Part shown: positions 37,003 to 49,639 of the stretch, one piece after another | How the letters are laid out: the number at the start of each line of letters is the position of its first letter | Numbering within the stretch: position 1 is the stretch's first letter | Source of the DNA: Stegostoma tigrinum | Lineage: Eukaryota | Reading direction: 5' to 3' | Length of the DNA stretch: 64,000 bases | NCBI RefSeq assembly: GCF_030684315.1 | Contig: NC_081396.1 | Coordinates: forward strand, 4,774,001 to 4,838,000 | Notes under the pieces: model-generated | Databases searched by the model: none | What the model was told of the DNA's origin: nothing | What the model saw: the letters and a program-made list of their open reading frames with translations, nothing else | Position numbers and translations under genes: made by a program

Positions 37003-37392
37003 ATGGAGCTGATGGTGCAAGGTTCAGTGTTGGTGCTCATTGCGGCTCACATTTCACTCCCGGTCAATTCACCACAATGACGCTGATCCTCTTCTGATGT
37101 CTCACTTTGCATATTAACACAGTTTATGGTCGTGGATAGAATGAACATATCCCCTTCTTACCGTTAGTTTTCAGATGAATATATCAGTTTTAAACGACTT
37201 CCAGAGGAGATTGACTACTTCTGTGCATTTTCGTTGGATAATATTCACCTGAGAACTTCCCGCAAAAGCAAGAGTTTTGAAATTCTTGGTGAGCAAAATG
37301 GAAGCAAAAAAAAATACACTGCACTACTGTGAGCTAGTTGTTAACAAAGAGGGCAAACGGTTGGATCCAGGCCAAGAGTATTGTGGTGTAGT
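37003..37392 (+). pseudogene. Possible V-set IgSF relic with leader-like exon
   Basis: MELMVQGSVLVLIAAHISL, then SFKRLPEEIDYF...HLRTSRKSKSFEIL/VSKMEAKKNTLHYCELVVNKEGKRLDPG; heavily decayed. Confidence 0.25.
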
Positions 37393-40300
37393 TGATTAAA
37401 GCCTTTCCTGAGGAAACAGAAAATCCTGGGTTCAAGCACCCTTCAGTATGTATACCTTAAATTAATGATTCCTTGCGCAAGCTTCTTTCAACTGCCCTGT
37501 GTTGAGCCAATTTCGTGATGTGAAACCAGACACCTATAGACTAAATGTGTTTCCTGTGTTTGAATTAAACCTGTTTTTAGTCTCACTCCTATCGCTTGGA
37601 TTTGACCCCTTTCAAATGTTCCTCATTACTTAGCGAACCATAACAATTGATTGATTTTTTGCTCAGTTTCACAAACCCTATGCTCATATTTATAACTCAT
37701 TCATTGCCTTTTTGATAGGAATAACGAGGAAAGTCAAGATAAAATGCAGAGTGAATGAGGAATTTAATGGTAATGGCACACAGTACGACCTTATCAACCA
37801 ATTTCTCTGCCGTCATCATTCACTATTTTGCATCAGCACAAAGATGTCATTGTACATTTTGCAACTGTTGAGGCTTGTTTTCTTTTCTGATGGTAATCAA
37901 TTGCAATTACAATTGGCAAGATTCACAGTTCATTGAGGTCGTAATGTCTCTTCACATCAGTCCAAAGCAACAGGCATGTTATCTGGAGAATGTGAAACTA
38001 ATTCTCAACCACTCCTGGCAGGGGGAGAAAACCTCTCAATCTATTCATAAATTTCCTTCTTAGGAAGGAATAAAAATGGAACGTGACAGAGAAGGACGCC
38101 AACGCTGAGAGAATCAAACATCTCGCGTTAGATACAGCAAGACCAAGAGTCACAAAGCGAGACATGTGAGGTATGCCCTGGAAGGAACAATTCTACATTC
38201 GACATGCTTGTACAGTGACTGAAAGAAAACCATTCAAGCAAAGTATTTCACCACGCCAGGGCAAAGGGAGGAACATTAGAGCCTTCTGTTCAGTCTGTAA
38301 AATTGAGTGTTGCAATCTGATGAGAGAGAAAGTTTGAATTAAAAATTGTTGATTCCACAGACGAATTTGATTTATTTTCCCTCCACAATTTTAAAATACG
38401 GATGCATAACTCTCCTAATTGTGAAAAAGACGCACTCAATCCAAAATATTAACTCCGTTTTCTAGGCACAGATGTTGCCAGACGTGGTGAGTTTCTTCAA
38501 AATATTCTGTTTTTGCTTCAGATTTCCAGCATTTGCTGTTCTTTGTTTTGTATTAATCTGTATAAAGTATAGGATGACAAATATTCTTCTGACGTCTCTG
38601 CAGCTTATTTCCTGTATTTGAAATTAGTCATAAATTGTATCTTTCTGTTAAGTTAGCAGAATCCTGACCTCTAGACCTCTCAAGATCATTTTTACCACAT
38701 ATCCATACCTCCATTTCATCACGTTTTTTAGCATGGAAAAAGAACTTCAGCTCATTCTGTTCTTGCCAGTCATCAAACATCCATCTGTTCTACTCCCAGT
38801 TTTCAGCACTTGGCCTGTAGCTTTGTATACACTGACGTTTCAAGCGTTCATCACAATGATGTTTTCCCTGTTACACTTTCATCTGGAACGACACAACAAA
38901 TGCGACTGGATTTTCAGATGGTCAGAGTGTGTTCAATTCCCCTTGGGAAACTGATCCTCATTTCACTCATGGAGGTAGACATACAAACATAGTCTTCGAG
39001 AATGACAGGGGCCTCAGGATAAGACCAGCTCCCGGCACTTCACATCATCCCTGTATGGCAGGATAGATTATTCAAGCATTTAAAAGTCAGGCAGAACAAT
39101 TGCCCTACTCAATGGAGACATGTTATGTAAGGGCAGGGAGGTTATTTTGGAGCTGCATGGAACTATTTTTAGATCAGGCATTGAAGCTCATTCCCATCAG
39201 AAACTACTCGGTTGGCCACTTGAAATGTCGTATTCTTGAATGAGATGGATAGTTCCCTTGGAAATGGGGCCAATGTAGATGTAGTGTCGTTATGGCTGTG
39301 TAGGCTCATTGGGCAGGAGGGTCCCTTCTGTACTGATGATTATATGATTAAATGTATAGTGCCCAGTTATGTTCAACTTTGCAGACTTACAACTCGAATG
39401 GGCTCGAATGTGTTTAACAGAGCTGTCGTGTTATATTAAGCACCCAACAGATGAAACGGATTGTTCAAATTAAATATTCTTGGAATGTGCAAGTTGCTGG
39501 AAAAAAACCCCATTCACAATTCTCCCGTGACACCCACCCCATCTCCGGCTATGCCTTGACCTGCACGCTGGTGGAATCTACGCTCACGTTCTGAACTAAG
39601 CTGTGCTTGAAGTTCATTGCCACTCTGTGCCGCATCCCCAGCACTGCCGATAACTCCAGGTACATATCAGCATTCTTAAACTTTACATTATTTCGTTCTC
39701 CCACAGTCCCGTGAGTGAAAGTAACTGCAGATGTTTAGCTGCTCCACACTGCTATGGTATTTTGCTGGAAATGAAGCTACTCATATTGCTAAAGTGCACA
39801 CCAACTTCAGTGGGTGATCACTGGGAGATGTAATGGGAGAAAGCATTTGGCACTTAACCACAGGACATTTTCTTTTGTCTTCAGAGATGAAGGAATGCTG
39901 CACATGCTCTATGCCTGTCTGCTCCTGTTCGTGCCCTGTAAACAAAAGAAGAGTCATCACAGATCAAGATGTCCTTCTGCTTGTCGCCCGCACTCAATTG
40001 AACTGGAAGCATCAACTGGCATGATTCGTCTCAAACACGGAGCTCAATATTATTCTCCACAGCGATGTTTGACCTTGTCAGATGAGTCACGGCACTGATC
40101 TAATTAATGTATTCAACAAGTAGATTTGTGGTGCTATAACATCTCTTCTCACCTCTGATATTAACATTCATTCCTGCGCAGTATGGCCAGCCTGAAACAT
40201 CAGTACCTATGAACGACCCAGACAAACAGATGGAAGCAGGTATGAGTGGGCCTAACCAAATCGTATTCTCTCTTTTCCATTAAATGATATTTTATTGTTT

Positions 40301-42534
40301 CATTGATGCTACTCATGTCAGTCCACAGCTCCTAACTGAAGGCCACCACAAACAGAAAGGTCGTATGTTCACAAGATTATCACAATCACAATGTCATATG
40401 CGCCAGGAATTGAAAAAAAACTGAAGGAGAGAGTCCGATAAGTCCTCTTCACCATCTTGTTCACCTGTCCTACTGATGTCACCATTCACCCCAACATCAT
40501 TTTTTTTAACCGGTCTCAGTACCCTCTCATTGTGTAATAAAAATGGATGGCATCACACTTTTCTAACTGAACTCATTTTTTTACTCTTAGCTCACTCATC
40601 CAAAACATTGTTGACTTCTTGAAGTCAGCCGGCATCGTCTTCGTTGTCAATTGCCCAGTCAAATTTGTGTTGTTTCCATATTTTGCAATCATGTTTCTCT
40701 TGTTAATTTCAACATTAGTAATGAATAATGTGAAGAGCAAGGCTCCAAACTGGGCCCTTTGGAGCACTACTCCAATAAATCTAGTCAGTTATCAGCCATG
40801 ATGAAAAGTAATTATCGTGTCACTCTTGCATTTTTATTTCAAGCATTCATTTACAATGGGAAAATCAAACATAAGCGGGGTCCAATAACCATGGATTTGG
40901 ATTTTGAAAGTAAGTAATCCTGACATTTGTATAACAAATCTTTTCATAACCTTTGGACCAGGGAATCACGTTCAAACTGATAAATTCTTTTTAGAACTGG
41001 ATTCATTCTTGTAATTCGGAAAATCTACAAACCTTCACAAACAGCAGGTCCAGAATGACAATGACAGAGGCTCTTTGGCAAAACTGTGACATGGGCTGAT
41101 ACATATTCAGCTGAGGGGGCAGAGGGCCCTTTAGTCTCTGATCCAAGGGACTCCAACTCTCTCAGTTCTCTGCTGGTCTGCACTGTGTGGTCATGCTTTG
41201 CGATAGGATTTTGATGTGCAAAGGGTTTGATTTAGACGTTGAATGTATGTAGTTTGAAATGGCAATTATTTTTGATTCTCAATTTCCAAAGTTGCCCAGG
41301 AACTGGTGTATCAGGCATCAGACTGTGATTCCAGATTGCAAATATAATATTTAACTCCAGCATCTACAAGAAATAGCTGAAATCAGATTCCAGTCCGTGA
41401 CGAGCTGGAGCATTGAAACCCTACATCACAGAGCTGTGGTGGTGTTGATTGAAGGTTGGTTCAGCCACACTATCAAATGGAGAGTTCTGACATCAAATAA
41501 ACGTGTTTCGGGTACATCAAAAGTATGTTAGTTGCGATTTGGCATTCTGCATGCTAAGGTTCCTAAAACCAAGCAACTAACGATGCGACAAAAAATCCAC
41601 TTCAAGAATGCTGCAGAATAATACAAAGACCCTGCATACGGACTGTACATGGGAGAGGATCCCGAGTGGCTGAGAGAAACGGTAATTTATACAATGGTTT
41701 AACATGAACCATGAGGATGATCAGATATCAGACTGAAGCGCCAAAACTGAAGTAAATAACTAATAACTGACATTCTGTAGCATTTGTTGGTAGAAACAGC
41801 CTCTTAAGAATCGGCCTCTTCAGGAATCGTAAAAGTTCCTTTGCATGAAGTCAAGCAATCTGAGCATTTGAGTACTTTCCATCGACCTGAGCATGGTTTT
41901 GGCCTCTGAAAATGAAATTGGCCTCCATAAAATATAATGTTCTTCAAGTGGCCGCAGAAATAGAATGGACATACGGGCATATCCACACAGACTGAATGAC
42001 CATCATACATGGAACAAAACGATATCTCGTGCTAAGAATGAGCAATAACCACACTTCAGGCTACAATGGAGTTTCCATGTCATCGAAACTTGAGAGATCA
42101 TGCCTCTTCGTTATCTTTCAGGTGGGGTAATGAATGATATTTTGAGGGAAATAGGAAAGCACTAATTATCGCCACATTTTTCTCTGAGAAATTTCATCGC
42201 AAAAGAGATGAACAAAGATACATGAACAGGAATTGACACATTTATCTCAACGGTGACAATGATATTGTACTAATTAACCTTGCCCATTTTCACTGATTTG
42301 CTTTGTAAAATTTTGTTACACCAGCCGAAGGCGATCATGTGGATTTGCTTCGTAAAATTTGGTTACACCATCCGAAGGCGATCATATGGAAAAACAACAA
42401 AATTGCTTTCTCTGCCGATGGTATTCAGAGACCTGTTGTTGATATTTTGATGGTAGAATCAATGGCTGTGCTTCTCCAGTCGATGGAAGTGAAGACTGAT
42501 AATCGATAATTCAATGAACATATTCAGACCTCTT

Positions 42535-43885
42535 ATAGAACATAGAACAGAGAAAAGTACAGAACAGTACAGGTCCTTCGAACCATGATGTGGTGCTGAA
42601 ATTTGGCCCTCATTCTAATATCTATAAAACCTCCACCTCTACCTGATACTGTCATCCAAATACCTTACTAATAGATGCTTAAATGCCCCGAGTGAGGCCG
42701 AATCCACTACCTTCTCTGGCGATGCATTCCACGCCCCTACCACTCTCTGAATAAAGAACTTGCCTCTGACGTCGCCCCTATATCTACCTCCATTCACTAT
42801 AAACCTATGCCCCCTCGTAATAGCCACCTCCACCCTTGGAAAAAGTCCCTGGCTGTCGACTTTATCTCTGCCTCTGAACATCCTGTGCATCTCTGCCAAT
42901 CAGCTCTCATCTTTCGTCGTTCGAAAGAGAAAAATCCTAGCTCTCTCAAACTTTCCTTGTGAGATCTCCCCTCCATTTCAGGCAACATCTTGGTACATCT
43001 GCTTTACATTTTTCGATCGCTTCCACATCTTTCTGTTCTGAGGGGACCAGAACTGGACACAATACTCCAAATGTAGCCGAACCAGGCTTTTGTGTAGCTG
43101 GAGCATTTCTTCATGGCTCTTGAAACGAATCCCTCTCTGAATGAAAGCTAACACGCCATATGTATTTTTTTAACAGCTATAACCACCTGGCTGGCAGCTT
43201 TCAGGGAACTGTGGGCATGAACCCCAAGATCCCTCTGCTCCTCCACACTGACAAAGAATATTTACATTAACCCTGTTCGTCGTCCCAAAATGAATCAACT
43301 CACATTTTTTCAGGGTTAAACTCCATCAAGCACTTCTCACCTAAGCTCTGCACTCAGTCAATGCCCCTTTGTAACCGAGAATAGCCTTCCACGCTGTCCA
43401 CAATGTGCCCCATTTTTTTATCATCCACGATGTTGTTACTCCACACTTCCACTCCTTCATCCAAATCATTTGCAAAAATCACAAATAGGAGAGGACCCAG
43501 GGAAGATCCTTGTGGTACACAACTTATAACGAAGCACCTTTTTGAATATTTTTCCGTCCACTACCACTCTTTGTCTTCTAAGGGTCAGCCAATTCTGAAT
43601 CCAATCTGCCACATGTCCCCCTATCCCATCCCCCCATAACGTCTGCATGAGCCTACCATGAGAACATGATCCAACGCCTTACTTTAATACATGTATATCA
43701 CATCCATTGCTCGATCTTCACCCACGTGCTTGATGACCTCTTGAAATCATTCAATAAGGTTTGTGAGGCTTGATCTACCCAACACAAATCCACAATGACT
43801 ATCATGTATCAAACTGTGCTTTTCCAAGTGATCAAAAATCCTGTCTCTCAAAGCCCTTTCTACTAATTTGCCCACCACTGGTATT
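42535..43885 (-). mobile_element. CR1 LINE RT/3' end
   Basis: Reverse-strand GLFPRVEVAITRGHRF..RYRGDVRGKFFIQRVVGAWNA and WIQNWLTLRRQRVVVDG; (atagaac)n tail at 42535. Confidence 0.93.
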
Positions 43886-44189
43886 ATGACGCTATGTTGG
43901 AAACTATGAGACTTGATTCTGCGTTTTCATGGTTAGGTCACTATCACTGAAACATAACAGCATTACATATTGTTGGAAAACATGACATAAAGTCGGAATA
44001 TCCTCAACTATGACTCGCACATGGACTTTAGATGCAGAATGGAGGAAAGCAATGAAAAGGAAAAGAAGACACTGAAGGCAGAAATGTATTCCGAGGTAGA
44101 AATATTTATAAAGAACGTCAGAGAATACTCTGAAGATAATAAAGAGGAAAAAAAACTCGACAAATTTAATTTTCACATGAAGTGACAAA

Positions 44190-46160
44190 GTCACAACAGC
44201 AATGCCATTCATGAAGAAGAATTCATCGACTGCGTGTGGAATAGATTCCTTGAACTACAAGTTATGGATCCAGCCGAGGATCTTAATCTGTTCGATCTGA
44301 TAATGTGCAACGAAACAGGCATAATAAATGATGGCAGACTCAAAGATTTGATTGCAACAACAAAACTTAACACTCAGTTTGAGAGACAGAATCTATACAT
44401 TGGAAACAATCTTGTACAAGAGTACTTTCAAGGAAATGAGGGCAGAGCTTGCTGGACTGGTCTTGGAAACGAGCTTAGCAGAAAAGATATATGAAGAATA
44501 ACAGCAGACGTTTAAGAAAAATATTTCATAGTTCACAGCAAAGATATAACCCAGTGAGAAGAAAGGATTGTAGGAAAGAGACAAGTTATTGTGGATCAGG
44601 AGGGAAGTTAAAACAGCAACAAATTAAATTCTAAAAAAACATGAAACGTGTTAAGTATTATTGGCAAGAAGAGTATTCAGCAATTTTAAAGAACTATCAA
44701 ACGGCAAACAGAAATTAATAATGCAGGAGAGGTAATTTTTTAAGCAAAATTACAGTTAATGTTAAAAGGAACGGCAGATGCTTCCTTAGATGGACAGAAA
44801 GGAAAAGAAAGGCCAACTTGAACAAAGGCCCCTCTTCAGTGAAGAGATAATGGGAACTGCAGATGCTGGAGATTCCAAGATAATAAAATGTGAGGCTGGA
44901 TGAACACAGCAGGCCAAGCAGCATCTCAGGAGCACAAAAGCTACAGAGAAGTTCAGTGAAGTTGGGAAAGGACATTTGGGAACCAAAATGAGGCTGACGA
45001 GTTTTATAAATAGTGTGCATATGCATTCACAGCAACATTCCAAAAATACTAAACACAGAAGGAGCAAAAAAATGATGAAGAATGCGATACAACAAGTTTC
45101 ACTGGGAAAAAGAGCAGAGAACTTAATAGGACTAAATATGATTAAGTGTACGACAACTAATCAGATCCAGTCGAGGATAGAAAAATAAATAACAACAGAA
45201 GTGTTAAATGCACTGGTTTTAACTTTCCAATGAACATTAAATTTCGGAAAAGACCCAGATTATCTCATAACAACTTTATTTATTTAAAAAAATGGAAAGC
45301 ACAATAAAAGGTGACTGGGGCCATTTTGTTCAACAGCACTGACTGGATAAATGGTGTTGTCTACCATAAAGAAGACAACAACAGAGCGTTTTTAAAGTAC
45401 ATGGCATAATCAAGAGGACTGAAAATAGCTTTATGTAAGTGAAATCTTGCCGGATAAATTACGTGGGATCATTTGAGAGCATAAAAATACAAAATAAGGA
45501 GGGACCACTACTCGTAACATGCTGAGGTATTCGAAGGCATTGTACAAGGCGCCACATGAAAGAAAACTTAATCAGAAAAGAGGTCGTGGTTTTGGAGTTA
45601 GTATATTCACGTGGACAGGGGATTGGCGAAATCAAAGTAGAAAGACTTTTGGATGAAGAGTTTTGTTTGACAAGATGTCAGCCTTTTAGTAATGTAGCAT
45701 CACACGAATCAGTGTAGAGTGCACAAATATTTGAAATAAACAATAATGACTCAGACGAGAAAAGTCAATGCACTGTCAATAAGTTTGCAAACGAAACAAA
45801 ACAAAAAGCAGAAAAGTCCAAGATTGAGTACAACACCAAAAGTTTGCTGAGGGATACAGACTGGACGAGAAAGTCAGCAAAAAAAGAACTTGGCATATTA
45901 ATGCAAAGTTAATGAAGTAATTAAGAATAGATGGAAAAAGTAAGATTATGCAGTTCGGTAGCAAAGATAGAGCAACTGAATATGATATAAATGTTTAAAA
46001 ATCATTTCAGAAATCAACATAAGAGATTTGGGAGTCCCATTCCTTGAATCACAAAAAAATTCTAACTTTTAATTTCGCTATAAATAAGGAAGGCAAACTT
46101 GGTGTTGTGCTTTATTTCATATCTAATGTAATATGGGAGTAGGAGCAGAAGGCGTGAACA
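44190..46160 (+). mobile_element. Old, highly degraded CR1-like LINE interrupted by a Penelope terminus (44845-44944)
   Basis: Residual endonuclease/RT-like fragments (FLELQVMDP..DLIMCNETGIIND; tcaataagtttgca; atgcagttcggtag). 44845-44944 is the reverse complement of the pLTR end. Confidence 0.55.
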
Positions 46161-46169
46161 CATGATTGT

Positions 46170-46820
46170 GTGGCTGATGATGTCTTTCAGGGGACAAGAT
46201 TCATCTTTAAGGACCATTGGTTGACTGTCTCCGCAAACTGGTTTGTTGTTGCGCAGATGTTTCGTAATCATGCTTAGTAGCATCCTCAGCCTATGATGAA
46301 GCGTTGGTGTGTTTTGCCACCTGGCTTTTAAGCTCTGAGGACCATTGCTATGGGTTTCCAACACTTGCGTATTTCAATCCGTAATTGAATGTAAATGGGT
46401 CGAGTTCAATGTTTTTATTAATAGCCTGCTTCATGGAGCGCCCTCATCTCGATCCATGTGGACAAGGAGACCCACAATGTCAACTCGGCCAACACCAAGA
46501 TGTTTGGAAAGGCTTGGCAGAGACAAGCATGAGAATTCCTGGAAGCATGGCACGACATGAAACAGGCTATGAATAAACACATTGAATTCGACCCCATATA
46601 CATTCCACTCAGGATGAAACCCGGAAATGAGGCAATCCTTTGCAAGGGACCCGAGAGTTTAACAACCAGGCGGGAAAACACAACGACACTTCATCAGAAG
46701 CTGCACTGAGGATTTAACCAAGTACAGTAATGAAACGACTGCAAAACAAGAAAACAGCGACGCGAGCCAACCAACCTCAACACCCACAACCCGAGACACA
46801 AATCTGCTCCAAAACTTTAG
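46170..46820 (+). mobile_element. Second Penelope-family remnant with inverted terminal copy
   Basis: LISIHVDKETHNVNSANTKMFGKAWQRQA*EFLEAWH...NKHIEFDPIYIPLR (GIY-YIG C-terminus). Hammerhead-like cores at 46702-46743 (+) and 46251-46291 (-). Confidence 0.8.
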
Positions 46821-47284
46821 AGTTTATGAGGATATATACAAAACATTCTCGATTCAGGGGAAATCATCCCCTTCGATTTAATTTTCAACATTCGAAAGGA
46901 TATGCAATAAAGATTAATTGTAGTCTATAAGTGCATTACAATGAGCCATCAAACAACCTCTAGACATCATAAACTCTGGTGACTTACAATGAAAAGTCAT
47001 TTCTACACTATCACAGTAAAGCCTCACAGCCTCGATACTTGATCGATTAGATCCAGTTCAATGACTCCTCCATTGGTTCCCCTCAATCACTTCCAGATTG
47101 CTGGATACTCAAAGAAAAAACTTTGATCCAGTGACTCAAATATCGCAAGATAGAAAGACGTCAGTTTGACTGAGAGGATATGCTAGTCATGTATGAATTC
47201 ATGTTATTGAGGATATCATATTCTGATGGTAGAAAGACGAAACATGTCATCACATTATAAAAAATAATGTCGGCTAGTAAAACA

Positions 47285-48625
47285 GAGGGGAAGAAAGAAA
47301 GAGAGAAAGACAAAGACAGAGACAGAACCATTGGCTGTGCCAACATATCTTGCAAGTCGAGGTACATATTTTTGCTAAACCTGAAAATAGTTATCACTCT
47401 GATTGTCCACTCATAAAAAAAGGTTTTAAAACGCATTCACATAAATTAGTGCTCGAAACGTGTGCTGTTTGTGGGAAAAGATACACTGTGTTTTTGTTGT
47501 TCTGTGATCTATTTTGAGAGTTCCATTTCTGTTTCATTACATAAACGCTTCATTGGCTTCAAAGATGAATTGATGCGAAAGGCAGATGGTCAAGGCTATG
47601 TATTTATTTGTTTCAAATCAAAACAAGTTTATTTTAAGAATGTTGGCAGCTATCAGAGTTGAACACAGATTTCTTGACATTAATTGAAACAGATGTTATT
47701 TACTTCCAAAAGATAATTTTAAAAGTCAAATTCAGGTTAAGAATTCAGTAATGGAAGTCTGCAGCCACTGCCAGTGAAACGTTTCTGTATAACTGGATTT
47801 ACTTCAACATCCTGTTCATTGTCCTTTAATACGTTTTGACCACGATGTATCCAAGAAATCAACATAGCTCAAAGTTTGCTTCAGAATTTTTATTTGAAAA
47901 AAGGTTGAAACGACATTATGAGCTGGCACAGTAATTTAAATTAATTTATATTGTTTACTGAGTTTCAGTCACGCTCATATTTTGTTGTATTATTCTATAG
48001 AATGTTGATGTTGGTGCCTCAGCAACATTTTGTCATTATCCCAGTGTCGCCCATTCAGCAGGTTGTCACTGCGGCTCCAGAAGGCAGTCAATTAAATTGC
48101 TCTGTGTCTGGAGACAATGAAGGCCAGGTCAAGTACAGCCTGCAGATTTCATTTCCAGTGGGCATGAGCAAAACATCTGTTTTTGTATTTTTGATTGACT
48201 TGGAATTACAACTCCGACAAGTAAAACCAGGAGAACTGCAAATGCTGTAAACCAGGAGCAAAAGCAAAGTTGCTGGAAAAGCCCACAGGGCAGGCAGCAT
48301 CTCTGAAGGGAAAACACAGAGTTAATGCTTCGGGTCTTCAGAATGCTTAAGAACTGAGGAACGGTCACCGGAACCGAAATGTTAGCTCTGTTTATTTTTT
48401 TTTCTTTTTTTGCCCTTCACAGATGCTGCCCTACCTGATGGGCTTTACCAGCAATTTTGTTTTTCGAATTCCAACTCCTGTCCCCTAACCATTAACTGGA
48501 GTTTAGAAGCACTGGCCCAGTGGTATTTCCACAGCCAAACTAAATTTGCCATTGCAGTCAGCACGTACAGAAAGCTGTCACAGGTAGAAGAGCAATAAAA
48601 GTGACACTCTAAGTCAGGAATAAAT
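47285..48625. repeat. Segmental duplication copy A (partner 57245-58450)
   Basis: Shared colinear anchors gtttcaaatcaaaac.agtttattttaagaatgttg, caacatagctcaaa, cattatccca..gtcgcccattcag, tccagaaggcagtcaatta and ctggagtttagaagcactgg. Confidence 0.88.
48256..48465. mobile_element. Penelope-derived hairpin inserted in duplication copy A
   Basis: Arms ttgctggaaaagccc.cagggcaggcagcatctctgaaggg / cccttcacagatgctgccctacctgatgggctttaccagcaa; CTGAGGA..GAAA core at 48354-48384. Absent from copy B. Confidence 0.8.
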
Positions 48626-48769
48626 TTTGGAATCGATTACTGATGAAAATTCTCGCTGTTTGCAGGAATATCACAGGAGATTTTTCATACAGTCACTGGT
48701 CTAAAATCGATATCTGATTCTCTCTCTGCAGAACCTCACTCGCCTACTCATGTTTCCAGCGTTTATCAT

Positions 48770-49032
48770 AAAATATTAGAATCCCCACAGTCTGGAAACA
48801 GGCTGTTCCCACAAGTCCATACTGACCCTGACAGCATGTATCCCAGACCCATCCCCGATAACCCACCCAATCTACTCATGCATGAACACTGCGGGCAAAT
48901 TAGCATGACCAATTCACCAAGCCTGCTTATCTTTGGACTGTGGGAGGAAACCAGATCACCCTGGGAAGACGCACGCAATCGCGATGAGGGTGGAATCAAA
49001 ATGAGCCAGCACTGCTCATCACTGAGACACCA
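48770..49032 (-). mobile_element. HE1-like SINE, diverged and internally deleted
   Basis: gggcaaattagcatgaccaattcacc...ctttggactgtgggaggaaacc body and acagtctggaaacaggc tail. Confidence 0.7.
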
Positions 49033-49639
49033 TCTATTCTGGCATTGTCTTCCATTTCCTTTCCCCACCACACTTCTCACGTTTTGAATACTTGGTTGAA
49101 ATTTGAAAAACTTTCGCTCCATGTCCCAAAATGTAATCATCACTGACGGTTTTGAAATGCTGCCGACTTGCATAACTAATTATCGTTTATCTTTCTAAAG
49201 AAGCTTTGATACAAATGATGGGCTTCTCAGTCAGGTTCAGGACAGGAAAGCAACAGGTGGCGTATTGTGGAACAGGTTGGGCATGCCAGGTATAAAGAAC
49301 AGACCTGCCCCTCTGAAGGATAACACTGAATCATGTAGGTGCTTCAAATCTTCAGAAAGCCTTTGGTTGTTGGTAATTAGGTTAGTATTCCATTTGGGAT
49401 TATTTAAGTAATTGAAGCAGCAATGGCATAGTATGATTCTGGGACTTTACTTGAAACTTTTTGAATCCTTACCAAGTATTCACTATGCTTCCTTCTGCAC
49501 AGTATGGAATGTTTTGACAGATTAAAGAACTATAATGAGGTTGACTTCCAGAACACGGGTGTCGTCATTTCCTCCGTCTCGTTGGACTTAAAAAGATCGC
49601 ATTGAGCTGTCTTTCTGAAATGCGGGATCCAAAATGTCT

